Part shown: positions 30,923 to 38,966 of the stretch, in pieces
Layout of the letters: every line of letters starts with the position of its first letter
Position numbering within the stretch: the first letter of the stretch is position 1
Assembly: GCA_963764165.1 (NCBI GenBank)
Contig: CAVXRD010000003.1
Coordinates: 704,001-768,000, forward strand
DNA length: 64,000 nt
DNA from: an uncultured Verrucomicrobiae bacterium
GTDB lineage: Bacteria > Verrucomicrobiota > Verrucomicrobiia > Limisphaerales > Palsa-1400
Direction of reading: 5' to 3'
Notes under the pieces: generated by a model
What the model was told of the DNA's origin: nothing
What the model saw: the letters and a program-made list of their open reading frames with translations, nothing else
Database searches by the model: none
Position numbers and translations under genes: made by a program

Positions 30923-33900
30923 TTAAACACCCGCTTTGACCACGCGGGCGCGGCGATTTGTGATTGTGGGACGCGGCGTCGAAGCCGCTTTCGCACCCTG
31001 CATCAATCCCGCCAGCGATGCCACGGTGGGATTCTCGAAAATCGCACGCAACGGCAGATCCAAGCCGAACCGGCGATTAATCCGGGCGAACGCCCGCGTG
31101 GCCGAAAGGGAGTCCGCGCCCAATTCAAAGAAATCGTCCTCGATGCTGATTTGGCGGAGAGTAAGAACTTCCTCCCAAACTTCCACCAGCGCCTTTTCCT
31201 GTTCGTTGCGCGGGCCGACGTAATTTCGCGGTGAAGCGCTCGTTTCCTCGGGTGTGGGAAGTCGGTTCACATCGATTTTGCCATTCGGTGTGAGCGGAAA
31301 TTCCTTCAACGCGACGAAGTGCGCGGGAACCATGTAGCCAGGCAGTTTCGCGCGGAGGAATTCACGCAATTCCGCCGATTCCGGCGCGCCGTTGCGTGTC
31401 GTAAGGTAAGCCACTAACCGCTTCTCACCGGCGCCGATTTCGCGGGCGGTGACGACGGCATTGGTGATCTCCTCGTGCTGGCGGAGGATCGTTTCGATTT
31501 CGCCCAGTTCGATGCGGAACCCGCGAATTTTCACCTGTTGATCGGCGCGGCCAAGGCACTCGACAGTGCCATCCGGCAGATAACGCGCGAGGTCGCCCGT
31601 TTTGTAAATGCGGCTCTTGCCATCGTTGCGGAACGGATCAGCGATGAATTTATCAGCCGTCAATTCAGGCCGGCCAAGATAACCGCGCGCAAGGCCGTCG
31701 CCACCGATGTGCAATTCGCCCGCCACGCCGACAGGTACGGGTTGGAGTTGATGATCGAGAATGTACAACTGCGTGTTGGCAAGCGGACGGCCGATCAAAA
31801 TCGGGCTCTTCGGCTCTACTTTCCAAGCTGTCGACCAGATCGTCGTTTCCGTCGGGCCGTAGAAATTCCATAAGCCCGCGACTTTTCCGGCGAGGCCGTC
31901 CGCCAGGGTGCGGGTGAGGGCCTCGCCGCCGCAGAGGACGCGAAGATCGCGTTTGCCAGCCCAACCGGATTCAATCAACAAGCGCCATGTTGTGGGTGTT
32001 GCCTGCATGACGGTGGCTTCGGAGGATTCGATCAACTCGGCCAGGCGAGGCCCGTCAGCCGTGACGGATTGCGGGGCCAGTGTCAATTGCGCGCCTGAAA
32101 TCAGCGGAAGGAAAATTTCAAGACCCGCAATGTCAAACGAAAGCGTGGTCACGCTGAGTAACTTGTCCGTTGCCTTGAAGCCGATGGTTTTGCCAGCCGA
32201 GAGGAGTAGATTCACCACCGCTTGATGACCCACTTGCACGCCTTTGGGCCTGCCAGTGGAACCGGAGGTATAAATTACGTAAGCAAGGCCGTCGGACTTC
32301 GAGGTCGAGGTGACGTTTTCGTCGGCGCGCCCGTAATCGAGCGAATCAACGGAAATCACGTCGCCATCCAAAATCGGAACTGATTGCAAGGCACTGTTCT
32401 CGGTGACGAGAACCGTCACCTTCGCATCGTCGAGCATGAAGGAGAGGCGGTCGCGGGGGAATGCAGGGTCAAGCGGTACGTAAGCCGCGCCAGCTTTCAG
32501 AATTCCCAGCAATCCGGCCACCATGTTCACGGAACGGTCGACACAAATGCCCACCAACGTGCCCGGGCCGACTTCCAGGCTCTTCAGTTTTGCGGCGACG
32601 TCGTAGGCGCGGCGGTTGAGATCGCGATACGTCAACTTTTCCCCACCCGCCACGACAGCGATTTGCGCAGGCACTTCGGCGGCTTTGCGCTCGAACAAAC
32701 TGTGAATCGTCTCGGTTTGCGGATAGGACTCCTCGGTTTTGTTCCATTCCACCGTCAACCGTTCCCGCTCAGCCGCAGGCATTGGCGAGAAGGTTTCGTA
32801 GCGGGCATTTGGATCCTGCGCCATCGCGCGAATAGTGCTGCCATAATAGGCTGACATTTCCTCAATTTGGCGGCGGCAAATTCGGTTCGGATCGTAATCA
32901 ATGTGGTATTCCAATTTCGTTCCCGTCGTGTCGAGAATGAACGACGTGAAGGCCGGGAGATCGTTCGCTTCAAAATAATAGCCGTCGCGCAAATCAATCC
33001 CGCCTTGGAGATCGTTGTAGACGTGGAATTGCACGAAATCGAAGGCGGATTCGAACACGGGACGCCCGCCGTTCAGTTTCGTGACTTCCGCCAGCGGGAA
33101 CCTGCGATAGGGGGCGATTTCGCGCTCCGCGGCAAAGCATTGCTTCACCAATTCGATCCACGTCCCGCCTTTGAGTGAGAAGCGCAGCGGCAGCGTGTTC
33201 AGGAACAGGCCGATCACTTTTTCGCCATCGACGACTTCCGGGCGGCCGTTGCACAGGAGGCCGCTCATGACTTCGTTCTGTCCGTAAATGAGGCTCACCA
33301 CGCGTTGATGCGCGGCGAGCAAAACTGTCTTGAGCGGCACGCCGGCACGGCGGGCCAGCTCTTTCAAGCCTTGCAGAACTTCAGCGTCAACAAACGTTTC
33401 CGGGCCGCGCTTTTGTTCGAGCCCGCCTTCGCACATGGATTTCGGCCAGCGCGGCATCGTTTGCAGATTCGCGCCCGCCAGTTTTCCGGTCCAAAATGCG
33501 CGCGTCTCGGCATCGGCGATCGTCTTCGCTTCGAGCGCGGCAAAATCGCGATAGGTGGTCTCCGGCGGCGCAATAACTTTGCCACCGCCGCTTCGCAGCG
33601 CCGCGTAGTCCTCCATGATTTCCGTCAAGACTGCGGCGAGGCTCCAGCCGTCCATGCAGGAATGATGGAAGCTGATGATGAACTGGAATGAATTTTCCGA
33701 CAGCCGCTGCGCGTGAAATCGGATGAGCGGCGCCGTCGTCCGGTCAAATGGCATCCGCTTTTCGTTCTCAATCCAATCGACGACAGATTTCTCCTGCTTG
33801 TCCGGCGCGAGGTCGCGCAGATCGTCCACCGTCAGGCGGAATCGCGCCTGGCGGTGCACCAATTGCAGCGGCTCGCTGTAACCAGCGATGTGGAATGAAG

Positions 33901-35935
33901 TCCGCAAAATAGGATGACGCTGAATCAGGAGGCTGATGGCGTCGTTCAACTTCTCCTGATCGAACGGGGCGTCGATGTGATAGCTGAAAACGTCGTGGTA
34001 AACAGCAGACTTGGGATTCAGTTCGTTGTGGAAGAACATGCCCAATTGCAACCGCGCCACAGGATACGCATCTTCCACGTCATCGGGCAGGCGCTTGCGG
34101 TCTTCCGCCGAGACGAGGTCGAACGGGCGGCTTCGCGGCGCTTGGCCTGCTTGACTCGACGCCGTGGCGCAGGCGGCCATGCCAGCGACGGTCGGGTGTT
34201 GAAACATTTGCTGCAACGAGAGCGTCAGCCCCTGCCCTTGTGCGCGCGACAAAACAGAGATGCTGCGAATCGAATCGCCGCCCAGTTCAAAGAAATTGTC
34301 AAATACACCCACTTGCCCGACACCGAGCACTTCGCTCCAAATGGCGGCAAGTTTGGATTCAGTTTCGTTTCGCGGAGCGGTGAATTCTTTTTCAAGGTCG
34401 GGGCGCGCGTCGTCCGGAGCCGGGAGGGCGCGGCGGTCCACCTTGCCGTTGGTGTTCAGAGGCAGAGACTCCAGCACGATGAATCGCGCCGGGATCATGT
34501 AATTGGGAACGCTTTTGCCGAGATGCTCGCGCATTTCCGTCACCGAAGGCGCGGCTGACTTGGGCACAATGTAGGCGATGAGGCGCTTGTCGCCTTCGTC
34601 GCCGTCGCGGGCCAGCACGACGCTTTCGCGGATGGCCGGATGGCGGTTGAGGGCCGATTCGATTTCCCCAAGCTCCACTCGGAAGCCGCGAATTTTCACC
34701 TGGTGATCCATGCGGCCGAGGTATTCCATCTCGCCGGATTCGGCGATGCAGGCCAGATCGCCGCTGCGATACATGCGCGCGCCCGGGACGTTTGAAAACG
34801 TGTCTGGCAGGAAGCGCTTGGCCGTGAGGTCGTCGCGTTTGAGGTAGCCACGAGCCACGCCGTCGCCGCCGACCACAATTTCTCCGACAACGCCTTTCGG
34901 AACTGGCTTGAGGTTTTCGTCGACGAGATAAATCTGAAGGTCTGGAATCGGAACGCCGATAACGCTGCCATTGCCATTCGTCAGGTCGATTTGACGAATC
35001 GGACGGTAGGTTGAGTGGACGGTGGTTTCCGTGATGCCGTACATGTTGACGACAGTCGGACGTTGATCGCCGTGACGTTCAAACCACGGCTTCAAGCTCT
35101 GCAATTCGAGGGCTTCACCCGCGCAAATGACATAGCGCAGGTTCAAATCCAATTTCTTCTCCGCAATCGTCTCCGCCCAGATGACCTGGCGGAAGGCCGA
35201 CGGCGTCTGATTCAGGACGGTCACTTTTTCGCGGGCAAGGAGTTCGTAAAACTCAGAAGGAGAACGGCTTACGAGATAAGGCACAATCAGCAAGCGAGCG
35301 CCGTTCAACAGCGAAGCCCACAATTCCCACACCGAAACGTCAAACGCATACGAGTGGAACAGCGGGAAGACATCCGTCGGATTAAATTGATACCAATGCG
35401 CCGTCTGGGTCAGCAGGCGAATCACGTTGTGATGCGTGACGATCACACCCTTCGGTTTGCCCGTGGAACCGGAGGTATATATAATATAGGCGGCGTTGTC
35501 GCCCTTTACGCCGCTTTCCACGCTCGCGGTTGATTCCTGGGCGATGACGGGCCAATCCGCATCCACCCGCAAAATCCGAGCGGATCCAGCCGGCAATGCC
35601 GCCGCGATCTTCTCCTGTGTAATAACGACCGGCGCTTCCGCGTCTTCCAGCATGAAAGTGAGGCGGTCTTTCGGGTAGGTGAGGTCGATGGGGACATAGC
35701 AGCCACCCGCCTTCAGCACGCCCAGAATCGTTACCACCATCTCGAGAGAGCGGTCAAGATACAGGGCCACAGGCACTTCCGGCTTGACGCCCATTTTCCG
35801 CAAATGCGCCGCGAGCTGGTTGGAGCGCTCATCGAGTTCCTTGTAAGTCAGAGATTTTTCGCCCAGATTAATGGCGATGGTGTTGGCGTGTTGGCGCGCG
35901 CTTTCCTCAAAGGCTTCGTGGAGAACGTTTTTCAT
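30923..35935 (-). CDS. NRPS 1: A(Thr/Ser-like)-T-C(modAA/dehydrating-like)-A(Gly)-T
   Basis: Starts with an A domain (NMYGITETTVH); T GGDSI; C with QLGMFFH, HHSCMDG, FDFVQFHVY; second A code DILQLGFIWK; T GADSL; start placed at MKNVLH (ORF is open to 36001). Confidence 0.93.
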   Translation of the reverse strand: MKNVLHEAFEESARQHANTIAINLGEKSLTYKELDERSNQLAAHLRKMGVKPEVPVALYLDRSLEMVVTILGVLKAGGCYVPIDLTYPKDRLTFMLEDAEAPVVITQEKIAAALPAGSARILRVDADWPVIAQESTASVESGVKGDNAAYIIYTSGSTGKPKGVIVTHHNVIRLLTQTAHWYQFNPTDVFPLFHSYAFDVSVWELWASLLNGARLLIVPYLVSRSPSEFYELLAREKVTVLNQTPSAFRQVIWAETIAEKKLDLNLRYVICAGEALELQSLKPWFERHGDQRPTVVNMYGITETTVHSTYRPIRQIDLTNGNGSVIGVPIPDLQIYLVDENLKPVPKGVVGEIVVGGDGVARGYLKRDDLTAKRFLPDTFSNVPGARMYRSGDLACIAESGEMEYLGRMDHQVKIRGFRVELGEIESALNRHPAIRESVVLARDGDEGDKRLIAYIVPKSAAPSVTEMREHLGKSVPNYMIPARFIVLESLPLNTNGKVDRRALPAPDDARPDLEKEFTAPRNETESKLAAIWSEVLGVGQVGVFDNFFELGGDSIRSISVLSRAQGQGLTLSLQQMFQHPTVAGMAACATASSQAGQAPRSRPFDLVSAEDRKRLPDDVEDAYPVARLQLGMFFHNELNPKSAVYHDVFSYHIDAPFDQEKLNDAISLLIQRHPILRTSFHIAGYSEPLQLVHRQARFRLTVDDLRDLAPDKQEKSVVDWIENEKRMPFDRTTAPLIRFHAQRLSENSFQFIISFHHSCMDGWSLAAVLTEIMEDYAALRSGGGKVIAPPETTYRDFAALEAKTIADAETRAFWTGKLAGANLQTMPRWPKSMCEGGLEQKRGPETFVDAEVLQGLKELARRAGVPLKTVLLAAHQRVVSLIYGQNEVMSGLLCNGRPEVVDGEKVIGLFLNTLPLRFSLKGGTWIELVKQCFAAEREIAPYRRFPLAEVTKLNGGRPVFESAFDFVQFHVYNDLQGGIDLRDGYYFEANDLPAFTSFILDTTGTKLEYHIDYDPNRICRRQIEEMSAYYGSTIRAMAQDPNARYETFSPMPAAERERLTVEWNKTEESYPQTETIHSLFERKAAEVPAQIAVVAGGEKLTYRDLNRRAYDVAAKLKSLEVGPGTLVGICVDRSVNMVAGLLGILKAGAAYVPLDPAFPRDRLSFMLDDAKVTVLVTENSALQSVPILDGDVISVDSLDYGRADENVTSTSKSDGLAYVIYTSGSTGRPKGVQVGHQAVVNLLLSAGKTIGFKATDKLLSVTTLSFDIAGLEIFLPLISGAQLTLAPQSVTADGPRLAELIESSEATVMQATPTTWRLLIESGWAGKRDLRVLCGGEALTRTLADGLAGKVAGLWNFYGPTETTIWSTAWKVEPKSPILIGRPLANTQLYILDHQLQPVPVGVAGELHIGGDGLARGYLGRPELTADKFIADPFRNDGKSRIYKTGDLARYLPDGTVECLGRADQQVKIRGFRIELGEIETILRQHEEITNAVVTAREIGAGEKRLVAYLTTRNGAPESAELREFLRAKLPGYMVPAHFVALKEFPLTPNGKIDVNRLPTPEETSASPRNYVGPRNEQEKALVEVWEEVLTLRQISIEDDFFELGADSLSATRAFARINRRFGLDLPLRAIFENPTVASLAGLMQGAKAASTPRPTITNRRARVVKAGV

Positions 35936-36074
35936 ATTAGAAATCAATGCTCCGCCAGAATAAGGCATTGAAAAGTCGATCAAATAGGGACTTGAACCCA
36001 ATTGGAATTGCCGAACGCCCGCATCCCGTTAGCTTTCCATTGCATCAAATGTGAAACCCCTCTAATCATTGCCA

Positions 36075-36581
36075 ATGGGAACCGCCCCCCCTGAAGACTT
36101 GCCGCTGGCTGACGTTATGCGCAGCCAATGGGCTGGCCGCCGCAGGAATAATTGAAGATTGGGCTTTGGGCGGCGCTCTGGCGGCAATTTATTTCGTCGA
36201 ACCTTTCGCCACCTCCGACGCCGACATTTTTTATACCCGCGGATAAGGGCATGGCAGCGGGAAGACCTGCGATTTATGCGCATCTGCAGGCGGAAGGTTG
36301 GGAAGTGGACCGGGAGCACCTCAATTGTCCGCGGGTTTCCCGTGCAATTTCTCGCCGCCGATGGACTCACCGATGAAGCAGTGCGCGAAGCGGAGCATGT
36401 GGATTACGAAGGCGTGCCCGCCAAGATTTTTCGCGCCGAACACATCGTAGCCATTGCCGCGAGCGTTGGCCGCGCCAAGGATAAGGCGCGCATCGAGCAA
36501 ATGCTTGCGCAAGCCGATATCAACCAATCCGAGTTGGAAAAGATACTGCATCGGCATAAATTGAAAATCCCATTGTTATGA
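36075..36581 (+). pseudogene. Frameshifted nucleotidyltransferase-like (TA-associated) gene
   Basis: A coherent protein (..GIIEDWALGGALAAIYFVEPFATSDADIF..RGFPVQFL..GRAKDKARI) needs three frame changes, near 36120, 36230 and 36323. Confidence 0.65.
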
Positions 36582-36709
36582 AGCTGGCGTTACGAAAACA
36601 ATTCGCGCGTGAACCATTCGTGGAAAAAATCCGCAAAGTGGCCCAGCTCGTGCGATTGGCAAAAACATTTCCCCGCCGCCCAGCCAAACCGCATCCAAGC
36701 GGCAGGTAA
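36578..36709 (+). CDS. Small basic protein (43 aa) coupled to the nucleotidyltransferase-like gene
   Basis: ATGA overlap; MKLALRKQFAREPFVEKIRKVAQLVRLAK. Confidence 0.45.
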   Translation: MKLALRKQFAREPFVEKIRKVAQLVRLAKTFPRRPAKPHPSGR

Positions 36710-36919
36710 ATGTCGCAAGCGCCACCGTCTGAAAATTGGGAGCCGTGCTGCGGAGAGGGATTTTGATTTTGCGCGAGGCGGAGCGGGCGGAGAATCCCAG
36801 TCCCGGCGTGCCGGGATACGCGCGCGACAACGAAGCCCAAAAGCAAAAGACCCGCCGCCCGGAGGTTTTTGAGGCAAGGGCCGGCTTGCCAAAACGAGGC
36901 GCGTTGGTAAGTTGTTCGA

Positions 36920-37153
36920 ATGAGCAAGATCGACATTCTCAACGAATTGCCAAAGCTTACCCCGACGGAGAGGCAGGAAGTTCGTTTGCGCCTTGCCGAA
37001 TTGGATAATGTTGATTGGCTGGACGCAGAGGATCTTACTGAGGAGCAAAAGGCTTTGATTGACGAGCGTTGCCGCGAGATGGATGCGAATCCTGAGACCA
37101 GCATCTCATGGGAAGATGCCCGAGCGCAACTATTGAGCGGCATTAAACGGTGA
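36920..37153 (+). CDS. Addiction-module antitoxin component
   Basis: LPKLTPTERQE..LTEEQKALIDER..ISWEDAR; GTGA overlap with the toxin. Confidence 0.85.
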   Translation: MSKIDILNELPKLTPTERQEVRLRLAELDNVDWLDAEDLTEEQKALIDERCREMDANPETSISWEDARAQLLSGIKR

Positions 37154-37452
37154 GCTATAGAGTGGAGATTCGGCCGCAGGCCTTGGCGGACATTGGCGAA
37201 ACCGCTGCCTGGCACGAAAAGAGGAAAGAAGGTTTGGGATCCCGGTTTACGCAGGAAATTGCCGCCGCGATTGATGGTTTAGCCGGAAACCCACTCGCTT
37301 TCCGGCTCCGGAATCGCCGATTGAATATTCGTTGGTGTTTCCCAAAAAGCTTTCCCTATCGCATTGTATATCGCGTGAATCAAAATGCGGTGGCTGTCAT
37401 CGGAATTATCCACGCGGCTCGCCATGACAGACATTGGCGTGATCGCATTTGA
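37150..37452 (+). CDS. RelE/ParE family toxin
   Basis: YRVEIRPQALADI..GLGSRF..FPYRIVYRV..VIGIIHAAR. Confidence 0.9.
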   Translation: MSYRVEIRPQALADIGETAAWHEKRKEGLGSRFTQEIAAAIDGLAGNPLAFRLRNRRLNIRWCFPKSFPYRIVYRVNQNAVAVIGIIHAARHDRHWRDRI

Positions 37453-37490
37453 CCTTTCCAGTAACGTCGGCGAAGGGAGCTTGAGGCTTT

Positions 37491-37796
37491 TCACGGCAGG
37501 GCATCGCTCGCCTGTGCGGGATAAATGTGCTGAAAATCGCGCCACTGGTGAACTGGCTGATCATCGACCATGACGTTCGGCTTTGGCAGGAAGCCGATGA
37601 AGCAATTTGTGATGTTTAATTCCTCAGCAGTGGCACGCGCGTAGTCGGCGCCGCCTGAACTCCAGAGATAAAGAACCGCCCCGGTTTCCTTTAACCGTCG
37701 CACCTGGGCAATGACAGCGGGCATTGGAATTCGTTTCCTACCGACTGAACGAACCAAAGTGTCATCCACATCCACAAATACGACGTGCGTTCTCAT
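37491..37796 (-). CDS. Small HAD-superfamily hydrolase
   Basis: VFVDVDDTL, LWSSGGADYA, PKP..VDD motifs. Confidence 0.8.
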   Translation of the reverse strand: MRTHVVFVDVDDTLVRSVGRKRIPMPAVIAQVRRLKETGAVLYLWSSGGADYARATAEELNITNCFIGFLPKPNVMVDDQPVHQWRDFQHIYPAQASDALP

Positions 37797-37929
37797 TTTG
37801 ATGCCGTCATTATGCAACGATTCCGTGATTTTAGCATCTCCCAAATCCTCACAATATCGGCTTATCGGCGTTGATTCCTGATGCCAGCCGTTTCAGAATC
37901 TGGATAGCGAATTTACGAACTACCGCCTT

Positions 37930-38253
37930 ATGACCGATGATGAATTTTGGCAATTGAACTCGCGAATTGATGCGAAGGCGCTGGCGTGCAGAGACGACGA
38001 TAGAGCGATTCGTCCAGTTGAAACGGCGCTTTGCGAAAAAACCGAGGCTGAACTTCTGGCGTTCGAGCACCTTTTGGCCAGCAAGCTTTACGCGCTTGAT
38101 GGTGAAGTTTATGCCAAAAATTCGGGAAGAATTGGCTGCTCCGGCGATCCTTTCCTGTATGCCGTAGCGGGTGTAGCGGGTTTTTTGAGATTATATAATC
38201 TGGAACGCCCGAACTCAGGAAAGAGACTCAAGCGGGTTTCATGCGCATCGTAA
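37930..38253 (+). pseudogene. Truncated DUF4240-like gene
   Basis: MTDDEFWQL..LLAFEHLLASKLYALD..SGDPFLY, then the frame runs into an inverted-repeat element. Confidence 0.55.
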
Positions 38254-38358
38254 GTCCGGATCCACCGTTAAAACATTCTTTCTTTCCTGTAATCCACCTC
38301 ACTGCCATCGACCGAATAACTCCCTGGCCTCTTTTCCTGAGTTCGGTCGTTCCAGATT
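38197..38358. repeat. Inverted-repeat (MITE/REP-like) element
   Basis: AATCTGGAACGCCCGAACTCAGGAAAGAG ... CTCTTTTCCTGAGTTCGGTCGTTCCAGATT, ~30-bp arms around a ~100-bp spacer. Confidence 0.8.
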
Positions 38359-38617
38359 CAATTTTTCAATTTTCCCGTTAAAAATCGTGCTGAAAACACT
38401 CCGGTAGGTTTTTCATCCCGCGACACCCGTGCCAAAGTGCGCCGTGCCTATGCAAGGTCATGATGTTGCGGGAAGGGCGGCGCCCCATTGCGTGTTCATG
38501 CGCCGCAGTCTCGGCGCTCTGTCTTTGGAGCCATGGCGACGGACTTTTCACCCCCTTCCCCCGCGGGTTCTTCAATATTTTCAGTCGGAACAAATACGGC
38601 CAGCACGGCGGGGGCCG

Positions 38618-38656
38618 TTGCACGCTATTGCACCCTATTGCACCTTCCGTTTTTTT
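38618..38656 (+). promoter_or_regulatory. 10-bp-period tandem motif (TTGCACCCTA)x3, candidate operator
   Basis: TTGCACGCTA TTGCACCCTA TTGCACCTTC; near-identical copy on the minus strand at 51215-51252. Confidence 0.5.
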
Positions 38657-38740
38657 CACTTTCCGCAGACGCCGGGATGCGCCCATCCCCTGCAAGAACC
38701 TGTCATAGGCGATCATTTTGGCGCGAAAACGGGCCGTCTT

Positions 38741-38772
38741 GAGAGGAAACCTGTCTTGCTGCCAGACAACTT
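38741..38772 (+). promoter_or_regulatory. Conserved upstream motif with TGTCT-N7-AGACA dyad
   Basis: GAGAGGAAACCTGTCTTGCTGCCAGACAACTTG, conserved at 41276 upstream of the paralog. Confidence 0.55.
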
Positions 38773-38966
38773 GGAAGTCATTGCACTTTGGGTGGAGCCC
38801 GGTAGAGTCGTTACCGGCTCAACGCAAAGAGGATGCGTAGCGAAAAACCAACGGGTGCGGGACTGTTTGGGTGCCCACCTGTGTCCGCGCGCGCCTGCAT
38901 CCTGTAGGAAAATCAAACTGTTAGAAAACCAGATCAACCATGCATTGGCACTTCTCAAAAACCACT

